DNA of 64,000 nucleotides from Octopus bimaculoides (Eukaryota), in the NCBI RefSeq assembly GCF_001194135.2, contig NC_068981.1, positions 78,732,833 through 78,796,832 of the forward strand, written 5' to 3'. Shown one piece after another: positions 50,986 through 64,000 of this stretch; position 1 is the stretch's first letter, and each line of letters starts with the position of its first letter. The translations under genes and the position numbers were made by a program. Under the pieces are notes generated by a model, which was not told the origin of the DNA, made no database searches, and saw only the letters and a program-made list of their open reading frames with translations.

Positions 50986-53480
50986 CAAATTACAAGTACT
51001 CTGAAAACAAATGATTTTCTAAATATGCACACAGGGACCATACAATATATACACACCTTATCTATGCACTCTGACAAGTGGTTGGAAATGTCAAATTTTA
51101 CGCTTTAAAAACATTAAGAATTATCTGCTGCAACAGATGCAGAATATTTTAAATCATCTTACATAGATACCAGTATAACCTGGTGGTTATGAATAGTGGA
51201 GACATAACAATTGTAGTTAGTTTGCTTTGTAACCATGTAATTCAGCTACATAGCACCTTGGGCAAATATCTTCTACTGTAGCCTTGGGTTGACTCATGTC
51301 TTCTGCATAAAATGTGACAATGGCAGCCTTCTGTATATATCAGGGATGGGTAAACTTTTTAGTGTGGCAGGCAAAAATTTCCTAAGAAAAAAGGTCTTCG
51401 GGTAGATCACAAGTTCTAACTCTTGTATATGTCTACGTATAATTCAATATATGTTAATAAAGATAAGATTAGCACATTAAATTAACGTGTAACATCTTCA
51501 TTAATGCTGCCACTGAATTTAGGACGCTTATATTACTTATGAGGTATTCTATATTTTTCAGCTAGAGTGTAGTTGAGTCTCAAGGGGATGGTACAAACTT
51601 AGCAATATGTGTTTTATAGTGAAAACAAAATTTCCGTTCAAATGGCAATTATCAGAGGATTTTTGTTCGAGTCTGACCATCTTAAGTCATCGCAGAAACG
51701 TGCCCTATGTTACAAATAGGCATACAAATATTGTACAAATTTTATGATTGAAAAATTTGCTATATTTTGTACATATGAGTATGTCAGCGTGTGGGCACAA
51801 TAAGATGGGCTAGCTGGCACAATTGCACCTGCAGACGGAGGGTTCCCCATACCTGGTATATATATGTGGGTGTATCCATGTCTGAGTTTATGTTTATTGT
51901 TGTTGAGTTGTCCCTTTGTCAAATACATAACTTAGCAACTCAGTTATTATATATCAATAAAATAAGTACCAGAGCTCAAACGGATTGACAAAAAATTCTT
52001 TGAAAGCATGACCACAGCCCAAAGGCTAAAACTAGTTGAAGAATAAAATGATATTGCAGCATGATTTGGTGAGTAAAATTTCAAGTTTTGAATGAATTTT
52101 CAATATTATAATTTATATGGAAATGATAAAAATTTCAAATTTCTAACAGGAATGAAGTGAGTAAACCCTTATAACAATCCTCACCATGACATGTTACCAT
52201 TATACAGTAGTAAATCTTCTCTCTACAATACCACACTGAACAATTAACCACTACTGTCTCTTTAATAGTAACATCTAATCCAACCCCACTCCACCTACAA
52301 GTAACTGACAGACTGTCCATTTCTGCAGAAATTCCTCACCAGCATCCACCAGCAGCCAGCTGAATGTTGCTGGGTATCTATCTCATTATCTGATCAATGA
52401 AAATAAAATAATATAGAATTCTACTGTGCCATTATTCTATAAATCCTGAAACAAGTCCCTATATGCATTTTTGCCCAAAGGATTGCATTGCATGTAGTGA
52501 GAGACTAAACAGCAGCTAAGTAAATCATCGCTCTTGAACAAATAAATACACTCTACTCCAAGTATTGAGTACTTTTCCTGTTTGGATATCCTACATTCAT
52601 GCATGTGTGTTTGATTAATGTATTTTACTTCCTCATCATTTCATCTTAGTATTTAAGAATTTGAATAGTAATCTTCAACAAACCTTTACATATGTTATGT
52701 AGATATATGTGAGTGTGTGTGTGTGTGTGTAATTATGTATGTATACAGATATATAATGTGTTGGCATTGGGATGTAGTTAATCAAATTGCCCAATTCCAT
52801 GACTTAATAGTGCCTATTTTCTCAACGCTGAATTCAAGGTGTAAATAAATGTACCACAGTACCTAATGTAAAGTATTTGATTAACTTAACTGTACAGACA
52901 TATTTAACCTATTTCACATCAGAGTAATTTCTGTAGGAGAGGGTGTGCAATCAATTGGATCAAAGCCAGTAAATCATAAATTTTATTACCTGGTAGGCAA
53001 AGGGCTAAATTAAAAGAATTAGTTAAGTAGAGCATTTGGTTTATCATTTCTATCATTTCATGTAATGAAGGATTGATGAATTAGAGGGTTTTTTTTTTTT
53101 TCATTGTATTTTTTTAATAGAACAGCTTTTCAGCAGGGAGTAAATTTAGAGCACGAAACAGTTAATTGAAAAGCAAAAAATGGCTTGGAAAACTAAAAAT
53201 GGATCATTACAGAATGGAAAATAAATGCAAAAACTGTCAATTTAAACATTTATTATTTAGTATCAAATTTTTCATTGCATCAACTGCAATCTAGTCACAG
53301 GCAGGACTCTACTGCAACTGAAGTGAAGTTGGCTAACATGTATGTGTGTCTTCCATGATGTAATTGTTTTAGTCTCAATATACAGTCTCAGAATCAAATC
53401 ACTTGTCAGGCAAGAACATATCTAAAATAAAAATAAACCATCCTTTTCTAAAGCAGAGAAACAAAAAATATCAATCTTAC

Positions 53481-54048
53481 CTGCTTTTGATTCACTTTTC
53501 TTTACACTGTCCAGCAACTTCATTCGCTTCATCCCTTTTTTTTTGGTAGTACAAGGAGTTGATGTTCTGCTTGCTAACACAGTCAATGGCACTTTTGAGC
53601 TAGCATTTGTTTCACAGTTCTTACTTGTTGCCTTTGGCACTTTTTTAACAGTCTTAGGTTCAATCTTTTTTTTTGGTTTTGTTGGTTTTGAGACAAGTGA
53701 ATATAATAGATCGTCATCACTGTCACATTCTGTACACTCATCACTCACACCATTTTCTCTTTTTACATGTACACTAGTCCTGCTCTTGCTATCAGGAGAA
53801 ACCCTCTTAGAATTAGGTGTCTTTTTAGACTTGATAGCATTTTTTAATATCTTACAGGCAGATGTGTTTCTAAGCGATATTTTGCCATGTTTCCGTTCAT
53901 ATTTGCGCACCAACACTTGACAAGACTTCAAGTTACTGACTGGCTCCCATGTGTCTCCTTTGTGGCCAAAGCCTTTCCATCGAATGAGATATTCTAAATG
54001 ATATTTGCCACTAATCCTCCGTGTTCTACGGCCAATAATTTGCTTCAC
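53481..54048 (-). CDS. CDYL: CDYL coding exon (chromodomain plus basic/acidic linker), 568 nt, phase 0 in, phase 1 out
   Basis: Translation VKQIIGRR...EYLIRWKGFGHKGDTWEPVSNL is a chromodomain core. Acceptor ataatttcag|GTG; donor GCAG|gtaaga. An in-frame TAA lies just upstream, so an earlier exon is required. Confidence 0.93.
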
Positions 54049-55593
54049 CTGAAATTATATACAATTTCATTAACAATATATCAAAACAATTACAGTCAAA
54101 CAGTTGAAATTAAGGGGGGAAGAAAAAAAACAAGAAAAAACTTTTTAGACAGAAAAATCAAAATAACAAGTGTGAAAATGAATACACAAAGATTAGTGAA
54201 AACATGTAGCCTTAAAAGATAGCAGATCTGACACTGGGCTTCGTATAGTTGTCTCCATATAGAGAAAGATAAAGACATTTGTTTACAACTGTCACAATGC
54301 AGTAACAGCAACATCATTATCAATATCATCACCAGGCCAGTTACAGCATCATATGAATCATGTATGTGAGTGTGTACATATGTATACATGCTCATGCACA
54401 CACATTTATTCTTTTTCTACTTGTTCCAGTCATTGGATTGCAGCAAAGCAGGGGCACTGCCTCAAAGGGTTTTTGCCAAATGAATTTGGTACTAAATCCT
54501 TTATACTCTTTCTGAACTGCTAAGTTACAGGACTGTAAAAAGAGCAACACTGGTTGTCAAGTGGTGAGGGGGTGGGGCAGACAAGCACAAACCCACACAC
54601 AATGGGCTTACACAGTTTCTGTCCAGTAAATTCATTCACAAAGTATGAGCTAGCCCAGGGCTTTAGAAGCCAAGGTGCTGCACAAGTAATCAAGCTTCTT
54701 CAACACGTACCCTTATGTGCATCTTTCTAATATAAAATGATTGCTTAACCTGCTTGACATAGCAACCAAAACTCACTCTGCCATCTGAAATAAAGGACAC
54801 ATCGGACAGTGCCATCACTGACACATTGATAAACATCCAACATTCCTAGTCAGCTACCACCACCTATCTTCACCCCACCTCTCTCTTCAACCACTCATTA
54901 ACATCCATTCCTCTCCATAATCACTATTACCCTCCTCACACTACCTCTCTCTATGTTGGAACATTCTTTCTGCCATTATTCTCTCACTTCCGGTACTTCC
55001 ACTTATATCATTCTGTCTCATGCACTGTCTCTCATCCTCCATTGAAATCTCTCAGCCGTTTTTTACTCAATCTCCTTACCAGCAATTATCACATAGCTGT
55101 TTATCACTCTTCCTCTTCACCCCACTCTTTAGAGCTCCTTTCACTCTGGTTTTCTTTCTCTCCCTCTCTCACATACATCCTTCTCACTCTTGAGCCCTTT
55201 TGTCACACTCTTCTCTCAATCAGAATCAAATACAACTCTTTTTTTGGTGAACAAATGGAAAAAATGTAGAACCAAGAGGGATATTTAATCTCTCTAGTAT
55301 TGATGCCATGATAAAATCCATGCATTCAGTATGCTTCATAAAGTGGTTGGCAACATGAAGGGCATCCTGCCATAGAAAAAGTGCTAAATACTCTGAATAA
55401 GAGCAAACTGTCTCTGATGACCTATGTAAACCAGCATAGAAAAATAGACATAAACTGATGACAACAATGATGACGATATACATAAATATTGCTAGCACAT
55501 CAAGGGACCAGAAAGAGACTCTCAGTCACAGTCACTGACTGTACACTACCTTATTATTTCACTATCTGTGTACAATGCTCCTTACTTCCCTAT

Positions 55594-55599
<6 letters not shown>

Positions 55600-55684
<85 letters not shown>
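55600..55684. repeat. (CT)n microsatellite
   Basis: Direct reading. Confidence 0.95.
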
Positions 55685-55689
<5 letters not shown>

Positions 55690-55933
55690 TAGTATTTCTA
55701 TCACTCACAATGTGATTGCATCAGGACAGGAAAGTATAGAAATTCTACATAAGAAATACAATTTTTGTGTCCTGAGTGTGAACCATCACAACAGATGAAT
55801 ACTAGAAAAGAGGTAACTGCCCCTTCATGACTGCACTGATCTATTGGTGTACTATTTCTAGCATTGAATAGCTGAACATTCAGAGCTTTATAGACAGATT
55901 TATCATTTTGGAACTAACTGTATTTCTATAAGA

Positions 55934-56837
55934 TATGTGCTCTGATCAATAAATATTCAGACTATTGCCATAGTAACACAGCTACAACATGTAGAGTGAA
56001 GCTGCTAGGCACAAATTTACTTTGAACTCTGTTGTACATACACACTAAGTTTTAACATTCTAGCTCACTTCTGCTGTTTACAGCACTACTTGGAAGTAAC
56101 ATGTGTAGGGGTGTTCATCACACTGACCATGACAGAGAAAGCTGAGCAGAGAATCTGTATCAAATTTTGCCAAAAGCTTGGTGATACCTGCTCAGAGGCC
56201 TACACAAAGTTTTCACAAAGTTTTTATCGTTATCAACACAATCAAGGAGATCATGTGCAACTGAAACCTAAGTGTCTTTTTGGTCAGCTGAAAGCAGTTT
56301 CGTCACAAACTTGGCAGACACGTGCCTCATGCCCAAATCCTCAGTGATAATGGACTGAGCTGAACCGTAACTAATCTGCACATCCTCTGATAACTCACAG
56401 ATACTGATTCAACAATTTCCCATCACAGCTGTACGCACATCTGCAATGATTTTCTCTGTTCTACTGGTTCCATGTCTCCCAGAATGTTCATCACTATCAA
56501 TATTTTTTTTCGGCCAACTTGGAAACATCTGAACCACTCGCACACTTGTATGTGGCTCATACACTCCTTCCCATACACTTTCTGCAACTTTGCACAGGCT
56601 TCTCAGCGGGTATCGCAATGACAACTTTCTCTGTCATGGTCAATGTGTGTGACAATCACATGTTAGACATATTACTTTGAAGTACAGCTGTAAACAGCAG
56701 AAGAGAGCTAGAATGTTAAAACTTAGTGCACATACACAGCAGAGGTCAAGGTCAATCTGTGCCAAGTAGCTTCACTCTGCGTGTTTTAGGTTCATTACTA
56801 TGGCAACAGTTCAGATACTTATTGATCAGACCTTGTA
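55934..56837. mobile_element. mariner derivative with two inverted 5' ends (about 250-bp arms)
   Basis: Ends tatgtgctctgatcaataaatattc / gatacttattgatcagaccttgta. The transposase start MTEK.. appears on both strands (+ MTEKAEQRICIKFCQKLG; - YGKECMSHIQVCEWFRCFQVGRKNIDSDEHSGR). Confidence 0.85.
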
Positions 56838-59800
56838 TGTTGACAGGTATAAAAATAACTCGATGTCAAAGCTCAAACTGGTTTCTAGGAACCTTTGCAC
56901 CATAAAATATATTCCATCGTGCAGAACTACCTCATTTTTCTCTGTGCCACTTCTAATAGTCAATATGTGATACTGGTCTCTCTATTCTTGTTACCCTTTT
57001 AAAGCCACACTGGATCCTTAAATAGAAAGCTTAGACTTTCCCTGAGCTTGCTTACTGTTTTCAAGCAGAGTGTGAATCAATGCTCCACAACCAATAAATA
57101 ATGAACTGATAAGTATCTGTTGTCACTAACTTCTCACTTTCAGTTACGTATAATGCATGCAAAACAAATGATACAACAGTTAAAAGATCCTTCAGAAAAG
57201 AGTGGTGGTAAGTATAGAAGATCCAGGACAAAAATTTTCTCCAGTTTTCCACCATGGCCATCCAGTTCAACAAATGATTGTCTATACAAGTCTGTATAAT
57301 GCTTGTAATGCTGTAGTTTTTCTCAGGTTCATGTCTTCCATTGACACTTCTGTTCATGGAAAAGGCAACGGCTTAGAATATCATGATTCTCAAGCTCTTC
57401 TTTCAAGAAGTTATACTGTTTTTGACCTTAGGATTCTAAAATATGGACAGGGACTGCAACAGATTCATTACTAACCCTTTTATTGTCGAGTGTAAGTCTG
57501 CACCAGATTCCTCAAAGGGATTTCTTGTACTCACTAAAAATTTTCAAAATATAAAAATATCACAGACAGTTTCCATTTCTGCCAGCTCATCAATTTCTAT
57601 TGATATTGATCTAGTGACATTATATTATTTCTATCAGGACCCAGCATAATAATTAGTATAAGGCTTTCTACATTTGGCAATTAATTCTGAAATTTTGTAA
57701 GTTACAATTAATCCTTTCTCTAATTGACTACTTTTTTTCCCAATGAAGTCCTTTACTGCAGATTGATTTTTAAATTTATTTACAAAAGAACCCAACTTCT
57801 TTTTTTTTTTTTAATCTTTATGTGATTTTTTTTTTAAATGATCACTCATTCATTCTTGATGTTTTCATTTCCCATGTTTGAGAAAGTTTCCCCTTACCAT
57901 AATGAACATATTAATAACTGCTCATTATCAATGGATGGGAGAACTTCATATTACAAATATCAATGTGTATTGATATCTTTTTTTCACTTGTTTTGTCATT
58001 ATGCTATACCTCAATATTCCTGTTTACATTTAACAAAAAAAAGGGGGGGGGGGCTTTTTTCTAAATGAAGCATTTGTGCTTCAACAAAATCAGAAATAAC
58101 ATTCACTTGAACGCAATTTGAAATAAATAGAGGAAAGTTTCTTTTAATACTGATTTATCCCTTTGGCATTTAAATTTTTCTATGAAATTACTATCTTTTT
58201 ATTCACATTATTTTAAATGAATAATACATTATGTTGCAGCTTTGAGATTTTGATGATGTGAGTGTTTATCTTTATAATGACATTGTAGCATAGGTGTGAG
58301 AGGCCAGATTCTGCTAGTCTGAGCATAAAACAAGAAGAATATTTGGGTTAAATATAATTGATTATATATGTTATAATTAAATTAATTGTGAAGCAGACTT
58401 AAAGAATCAGCATGCAAGAAAAGTGAGAGTTTGAAGGGTCATAATACTTTCACTTTAAAGCACATGTTCTTTAATACAAACAGACATTTTATAATACAGG
58501 ATATCTCCCACAAATATAATTTAGAGAAAATAACCCAAGTTTTGTAATGGTGTTGCTGTTAATAACTGAAACCAGTACCTATACAGGCACCACTTAATTT
58601 CAGGTTGAATCATCACTCAGCATTCACTTTTCTACGCTTGCATAGGTTGAATAGAATTTGTTGAGGTAACATTCCTCACAGCCAGACATGTTTTAAACAG
58701 ATGATTGGAGAAGGACACTACTTGCATGATGGTGACATCTATTCACAACTATCACATGAAGTCAAGGCAAGGAGACAATAATGCATACATGCATATATAC
58801 AACAGGTTTCTTTTTGTTTCCATCTACCAAGTCCACTCGCAAGGCTTTAGTTAACCTGGGGCTATAGTAGAAGACAATTGCCCAAGATGCCATACAGTGG
58901 GACCGAGTCCAGAACATTTTTTTTTATAAACTGAAATTCAATGACATTATTATGATTGATATCATTCGTTATCAATAAAAAAAATTCAAAGAGATGATTT
59001 AAAAAAAAAAAAGGAATTTACATTTTTTTAGGTTATAATAAAGTCTTCAATAATGAATGCATTAATGAATAGAAGTATTCAATCGATAAAAAAGAACTTT
59101 CACTTCCTACATGTCACTTCTTAAGGTCAGCTAGTTTATGATATTAATTTTACAATGAGGTTTATATTAACAATTTTATAATAAAGAGCTACCATTCAAT
59201 CTTCTTGAGAAAGATTATCTACTTTTAACCTGCTGCAGACTTAAATAATTCATTACTCACAAATATATTTTATGGTGGCATTAATTTTCCTGAGATTAAA
59301 ACCAGTATAAAACAAAAGTTGCTGGTCAATAAAATTTTAGTCTTTAATAATATTTAATTAGGTCTTCAACTGAAAATTAGATACATAAGAAACTTCATTA
59401 TAGCAACCTTTGAAAATAGTATGTCACAAACTGTGGTTAGCATCACTTAGTTTGATGGGGTGGCTGTGGAAGATTTTTGTTTATTATTTCTTATGTTGCA
59501 TGTGGCCAGCTGGTTTATCATCAGGGATATATTTTTGGTGTAATTAAGAATTGTTTTTGTGTTATTAAGATGAGAGAGTGTGGGTGTGACTATTAAATTT
59601 TTTTTTTTTTGTACTTCTTGTTTATTTTCATGGCTGTCATTTTAGATGTCAACAAGAACAACATAAATTTGAAACAAATCTCATATAATTGCAAAACACT
59701 CATTAAAAAAACCCATAAAAACTAATTCAACAACACAATTCTTAATTGCTCTAAAACATATACACCCCATAATAAACAAGCAGGTCACAGTACAAGAAAA

Positions 59801-60984
59801 AATATTCATTCTGGATGTCCTTCTTTATGCCAATCAATTTACAGAATGTATTAGATGCCACCAAGTAACTTGCAAGACAAGAACATTCAACTGTGCAAAG
59901 TTGCAGTATTAAAGGAAATGGTTTTGTGTCAGTTGTCATGAGGCTAAAATATGAGAGAGAGACAGGAAAATGAGCCTTGCTACACCGGAGATACATGGCT
60001 CCCCTAGCTGGAAGGATAGAAAGGATGATGAAATGAGGGAATATCATCAAGATACAAGAAGATTACAATTTTTTTTCTTATTTTGAACAGAATCCAAGTT
60101 CTTCTATGCAACAAGTTATGCAAGTGCAGATGCTTAAATATACAAGGATCCTAACAAAAATCTGCAAGCAAAATGACAGTAAGAAACTACTAAAAAAAAT
60201 TATTGCAGAAAGTGCTTCTCCAGATCAAACAGAATTTTAAAGTAGCTTTTTGAAATTTTTTTTTAATGAAAATATGTTGTTTTTTTCTTTTGTTTGAAAA
60301 TGTTCTATCAACTTTAAAATATGTTTTGTTTATTTCTTTACTATGCTTGATCAGAACTTGGACCATTTTGACATAGCAAACACTTCAGATTTGATCTTGT
60401 TCCTCACTTCCAAGCACAACCCTTATGTATACAACACCATCTTCCTATACAGTGAATGGTCCAAATACACACAATCCCATCGAATCTACTGGTACTTCAA
60501 GCCATATTTCTAAAGTGCTTAAGCCAATATTCCCAATCAGCTTAAAAACCAAAGCTAGTTACACATATAATTTCTTGAAGAGAAAATATGTTGTTTTTTT
60601 TTGTAGAAACTATGCATAAGTTCCCCTACATTGATCTAAGTACATTTATAATAAGTTTATGAGGTTCTTAACAAGTACTCAGTAATTTGGCTTTTAGAAT
60701 ATTTATATTTGCTGTAGCATCAATATTTTAATATCTTATGTCGAAACAAACTGTAACACTTTTGATTTCTGATTCTAATTACAACCTTCAAAAATGTAAT
60801 ATAAATAAACCTAGTAATTTGAAATAAAACAAGAAAATACACCAGCATTTGTTGTTTCACCTTATCATAAAAATATATGAACACTGGGTGTTTATTTTAT
60901 TTCTATCTTTATTTATTTATTACCAGCACAATATATCTCAAGGTCTGTTATCAAAGGTATCGGTTATCATTATCATAATCATTT

Positions 60985-61380
60985 TAGCCTCCACTTTTCT
61001 ATGCTTGCATGGGTTGGACAGAGTTTATTAAAGCAGATTTTCTACAGCCAGATACCCTTCCTGTCACCAACCCTTACTTGTTTCCAAGCAGGATGGATAA
61101 TATTTTTCCATGGCCAGACAAGTTTCTGCAGAATACTGAAAATGAATGACATTATTTACAACAACCATGCAATGTTAAGTCAAGGATGGATGGGCAGACA
61201 GGCACAGACACACGGACACACATACAACAAGTTTCTTTCAGTTTCTAGCAACCAAACCCACTCACAAGGCTTTGGTTGACCCAAGGCTATAGTAGAAGAC
61301 ACTTGCCCAAGGTGCTACACAATAGGACTGAACTTGAAACCATGTAGTTGAGAAGCAAACTTCTCAACCACACAAACCCA
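60985..61380 (-). mobile_element. RTE tail joined to a SINE copy
   Basis: ctacagccagatacccttcctg and ggctatagtagaagacacttgcccaagg motifs. Confidence 0.75.
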
Positions 61381-61573
61381 TCTGCACCTTATACATGGTT
61401 TTAAAATAATAGGATGAAGTTCAAAGGAAGTTTAGTTACTTTTTCTAGCAGGTTGAGTGACAATGTAAAGGCTTCTTCATTTGCACAAGACAACATTTAA
61501 AACAGTAATATGTAAATAAGTTATTGCTCAGAACGTAACGTCATACACATTCTATAACAAATAAAAAAAAAAA

Positions 61574-61621
<48 letters not shown>

Positions 61622-61829
61622 ATATATACACATGTTAATATGCAGTTGTAAGACTTCTTAATGATTAGTGTGGATTTAATTTTTATTCAAGTTCACTAAT
61701 GGCCAATTATCCAGAACAGCAATGTGTCTACAAATGTTTAAAATGTTGGTTTTATTTATATACCTATGTTGTTAATGCATCAATATGTAGAACTTACAAA
61801 ATATAGGTGCTTGACAAAAACCAACACTT

Positions 61830-62830
61830 TTAGAAACAGAGAAAGTTTCTAGCACCATCTTCAACAGATTCCACATTTTAGCTCACTGTTGAGCATAGCC
61901 TTGGGATCCAAGTGTAATCCATATGGATCACATGCTCTACCTAGCACACAACTCCAATTCCATCAGAACAGCCATATCATTAGACATATTTGCAAGCTCA
62001 GGACTTCCTAGTTGGAGATGTAGTCTCAGCAACAAATGTGTGTTTTAGATCATAGCTGGCAAAGCTGGGAGCTCATTAGTTTTTTCATATGCTGACAATA
62101 CAGTGTAGGTCTCTGTAGAATACAAGAGACAGGTAGTACTACAGCTCAGTAAACATAGGATTTTGTCAATAGTTTAATAGTATATTGTTTCTATATTGAT
62201 CACTGAGCTTCCCCCAAAAGCAACCTCAACCAACTCTATGTGGCAATACATCCCCATATCTAGGCTGTTCTCATCAGAAATCACACAACCCAAATATATC
62301 AACTTTCTCACAACACTTAGCAGCTGATTTGCAATCATGGCTAGAGGTTCAATCATATTTAAGCACTCCAGATTTAAGTTAGTACAAGACTTCAATCCTT
62401 TTCACATTTACTACTAAGTCAAAATCTGATACTGTACATTCAAAATGGTGTGTCATTGGATATCTTCTAGGGAATGAGTCATCAGGGGATGAATCATCAG
62501 TGGAAAGAATTTCACAAAATACACATACAGAAGCACTTCTTGGTAGATCTTAATCTAGATATGTTCAACAAGCCACCATCCACTTGTGCAGATATATACT
62601 CCCCCTGTTAGATTACTTGCCATTTTTTTGAAGAACAATATTCAGAAATAGTGCAAAGAGTGTTGATGCAAGTACACAGCCTTGCTTTTGGAGTGTACAC
62701 AGCCTTGTTTTTGGAGCAAGTACACAGCACTGACTTACTGCATGGGCAACTGAAAAGAGGGTCTGAAATCTCCACAAATATGTCCAAGCAGCCATATCTT
62801 TAAAAGGATGTCATCAGTGTAGCAGGTGAC
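61830..62830 (-). mobile_element. Degraded RTE (BovB-like) RT fragment
   Basis: KQGCVLASTLF (locally duplicated), LIYLGCVISDENSLD and SLYSTET. Confidence 0.7.
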
Positions 62831-63640
62831 CTGATTGTGATGCATAGGAGAAGTCAAAGACTGATTGCAAACAATGGTAAAAGGGCTATAAAAAAAAAGG
62901 TGTAAAATATTGCAAAATGAAACTGAATAGAATAACTGAAAGGAAAAGTAGAAAGAAAAACAGTTAAGATTCACTACACTAGGAGTACAAAAGTATTTTG
63001 CAATACTTGCAGTGAGGGCTATGCCAGTATCTTTGGTCTACAACCTCGAAGAAAGAGCATACATTGAGTTCCCTCAATGTATGTATGTGTAAGAGAGTAT
63101 TGTAGTTTGCTTGAAACATTGTGTATTGTTTGTAAAGAATAAAAAGTTTTGAATGGTACAACAATGCACTATAATACAAAAAAAAAATGGACTATATATT
63201 TGTTGTAATTTAGTTATCTATAGTCTAATGATATTTCGGAATACAATTCCTTCTTCAGATCTTTAAAAGAAATCTGCTAACAGGTCGTACTTGATTATGA
63301 GTGACAGCCAAAAAAGAAGAGACGAGTGATATAGAGAGTTGTAACATAGATAATTTTTGCAACTAATAATTAATACTGAAAACTCTCTATGAGTTCAAAA
63401 CTTTGATAATTAATAGATATAATCAACAGAAACTGGACCCAAGTATTGCATTGGTTTGATTTGACCAAGAGAAAAGTTCCTGTGCCCACAGCCATTCTGT
63501 AACCAGTGAGATCAATGTGGTACATGTTCTTAAATGGTTACAAGCATTTATGTGTAAATGGTTACAAATCACTGCCCCCACTCTCTTTGGGACGGTAAGA
63601 GTATGATAGTCTGATAACTACCACTGAGAGAGAGGGGGGG

Positions 63641-63644
<4 letters not shown>

Positions 63645-63702
<58 letters not shown>
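63645..63702. repeat. (GA)n microsatellite
   Basis: Direct reading. Confidence 0.95.
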
Positions 63703-63704
<2 letters not shown>

Positions 63705-64000
63705 AAAACACTTAGCAAGGGCAGGGGCTAGAAGTATGATGCAATGTTTGGAGGTAATGGAACACTTTCAGAGCCAGTGGCCATCTTAGTTTATAGCAAA
63801 TGAGGATACTTCATACTTAGGGTGTATGTGAATATGATAGTAAATCTGATGGAATAGACGTGGGAACAGGTTTGAAAGAGATTTACAGTGTACAGCGTGG
63901 ATCTGGATACAAAGCCAACAATAAATGTGAGTGTATGGGTGGGTTGGGGGTTCCCTCCATGAGGAGTACTGCCTACAGACCCAACATAGTTAAGAAATGG

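Noticed and set aside
53700-53760. DECTEC acidic patch as an LxCxE Rb-binding motif
   Set aside because: The leucine at the first position is absent.
54240-54278. Candidate CDYL exon 1 MSLSFSIWRQLYE, which would give LYE|VKQII
   Set aside because: The donor would be AA|GCCCAG, far from even the GC-AG consensus. Likely coincidence, but worth one look in RNA-seq.
63805-63825. TAT GAA|GTATCC as another possible end of exon 1
   Set aside because: Weak donor, and no nearby in-frame ATG or acceptor.

Overview
Eukaryotic, AT-rich, repeat-dense draft genomic DNA with 7 N-gaps. The SINE/RTE repeat landscape suggests a coleoid cephalopod, most likely Octopus (inference). The only host protein-coding gene I can support is a minus-strand chromodomain Y-like gene (CDYL: N-terminal chromodomain plus C-terminal crotonase/enoyl-CoA hydratase-isomerase fold). 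I assembled six phase-compatible GT-AG coding exons by hand: 54048-53481, 42359-41944, 38497-38334, 34804-34594, 29512-29369 and 22311-22150, totalling 1665 nt including the stop. The short first coding exon was not found and is probably beyond 64000. The rest is decayed mobile DNA: RTE, CR1/L2-type, L1/Tx1 and Penelope retroelement fossils; two Ty3/gypsy elements (one complete with both LTRs, a TSD, a tRNA-Ser PBS and a PPT); mariner, Chapaev3-like, hAT, pogo and piggyBac-like DNA elements; tRNA-derived SINEs including a head-to-tail array; and microsatellites. The most interesting points are an ECI2-like catalytic Glu in the crotonase domain, a chromodomain split by an intron at the position known from vertebrate CDYL, a CpG-decay footprint over the gene body, and several long intronic hairpins. 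I found no evidence for a wholly new multi-gene system.
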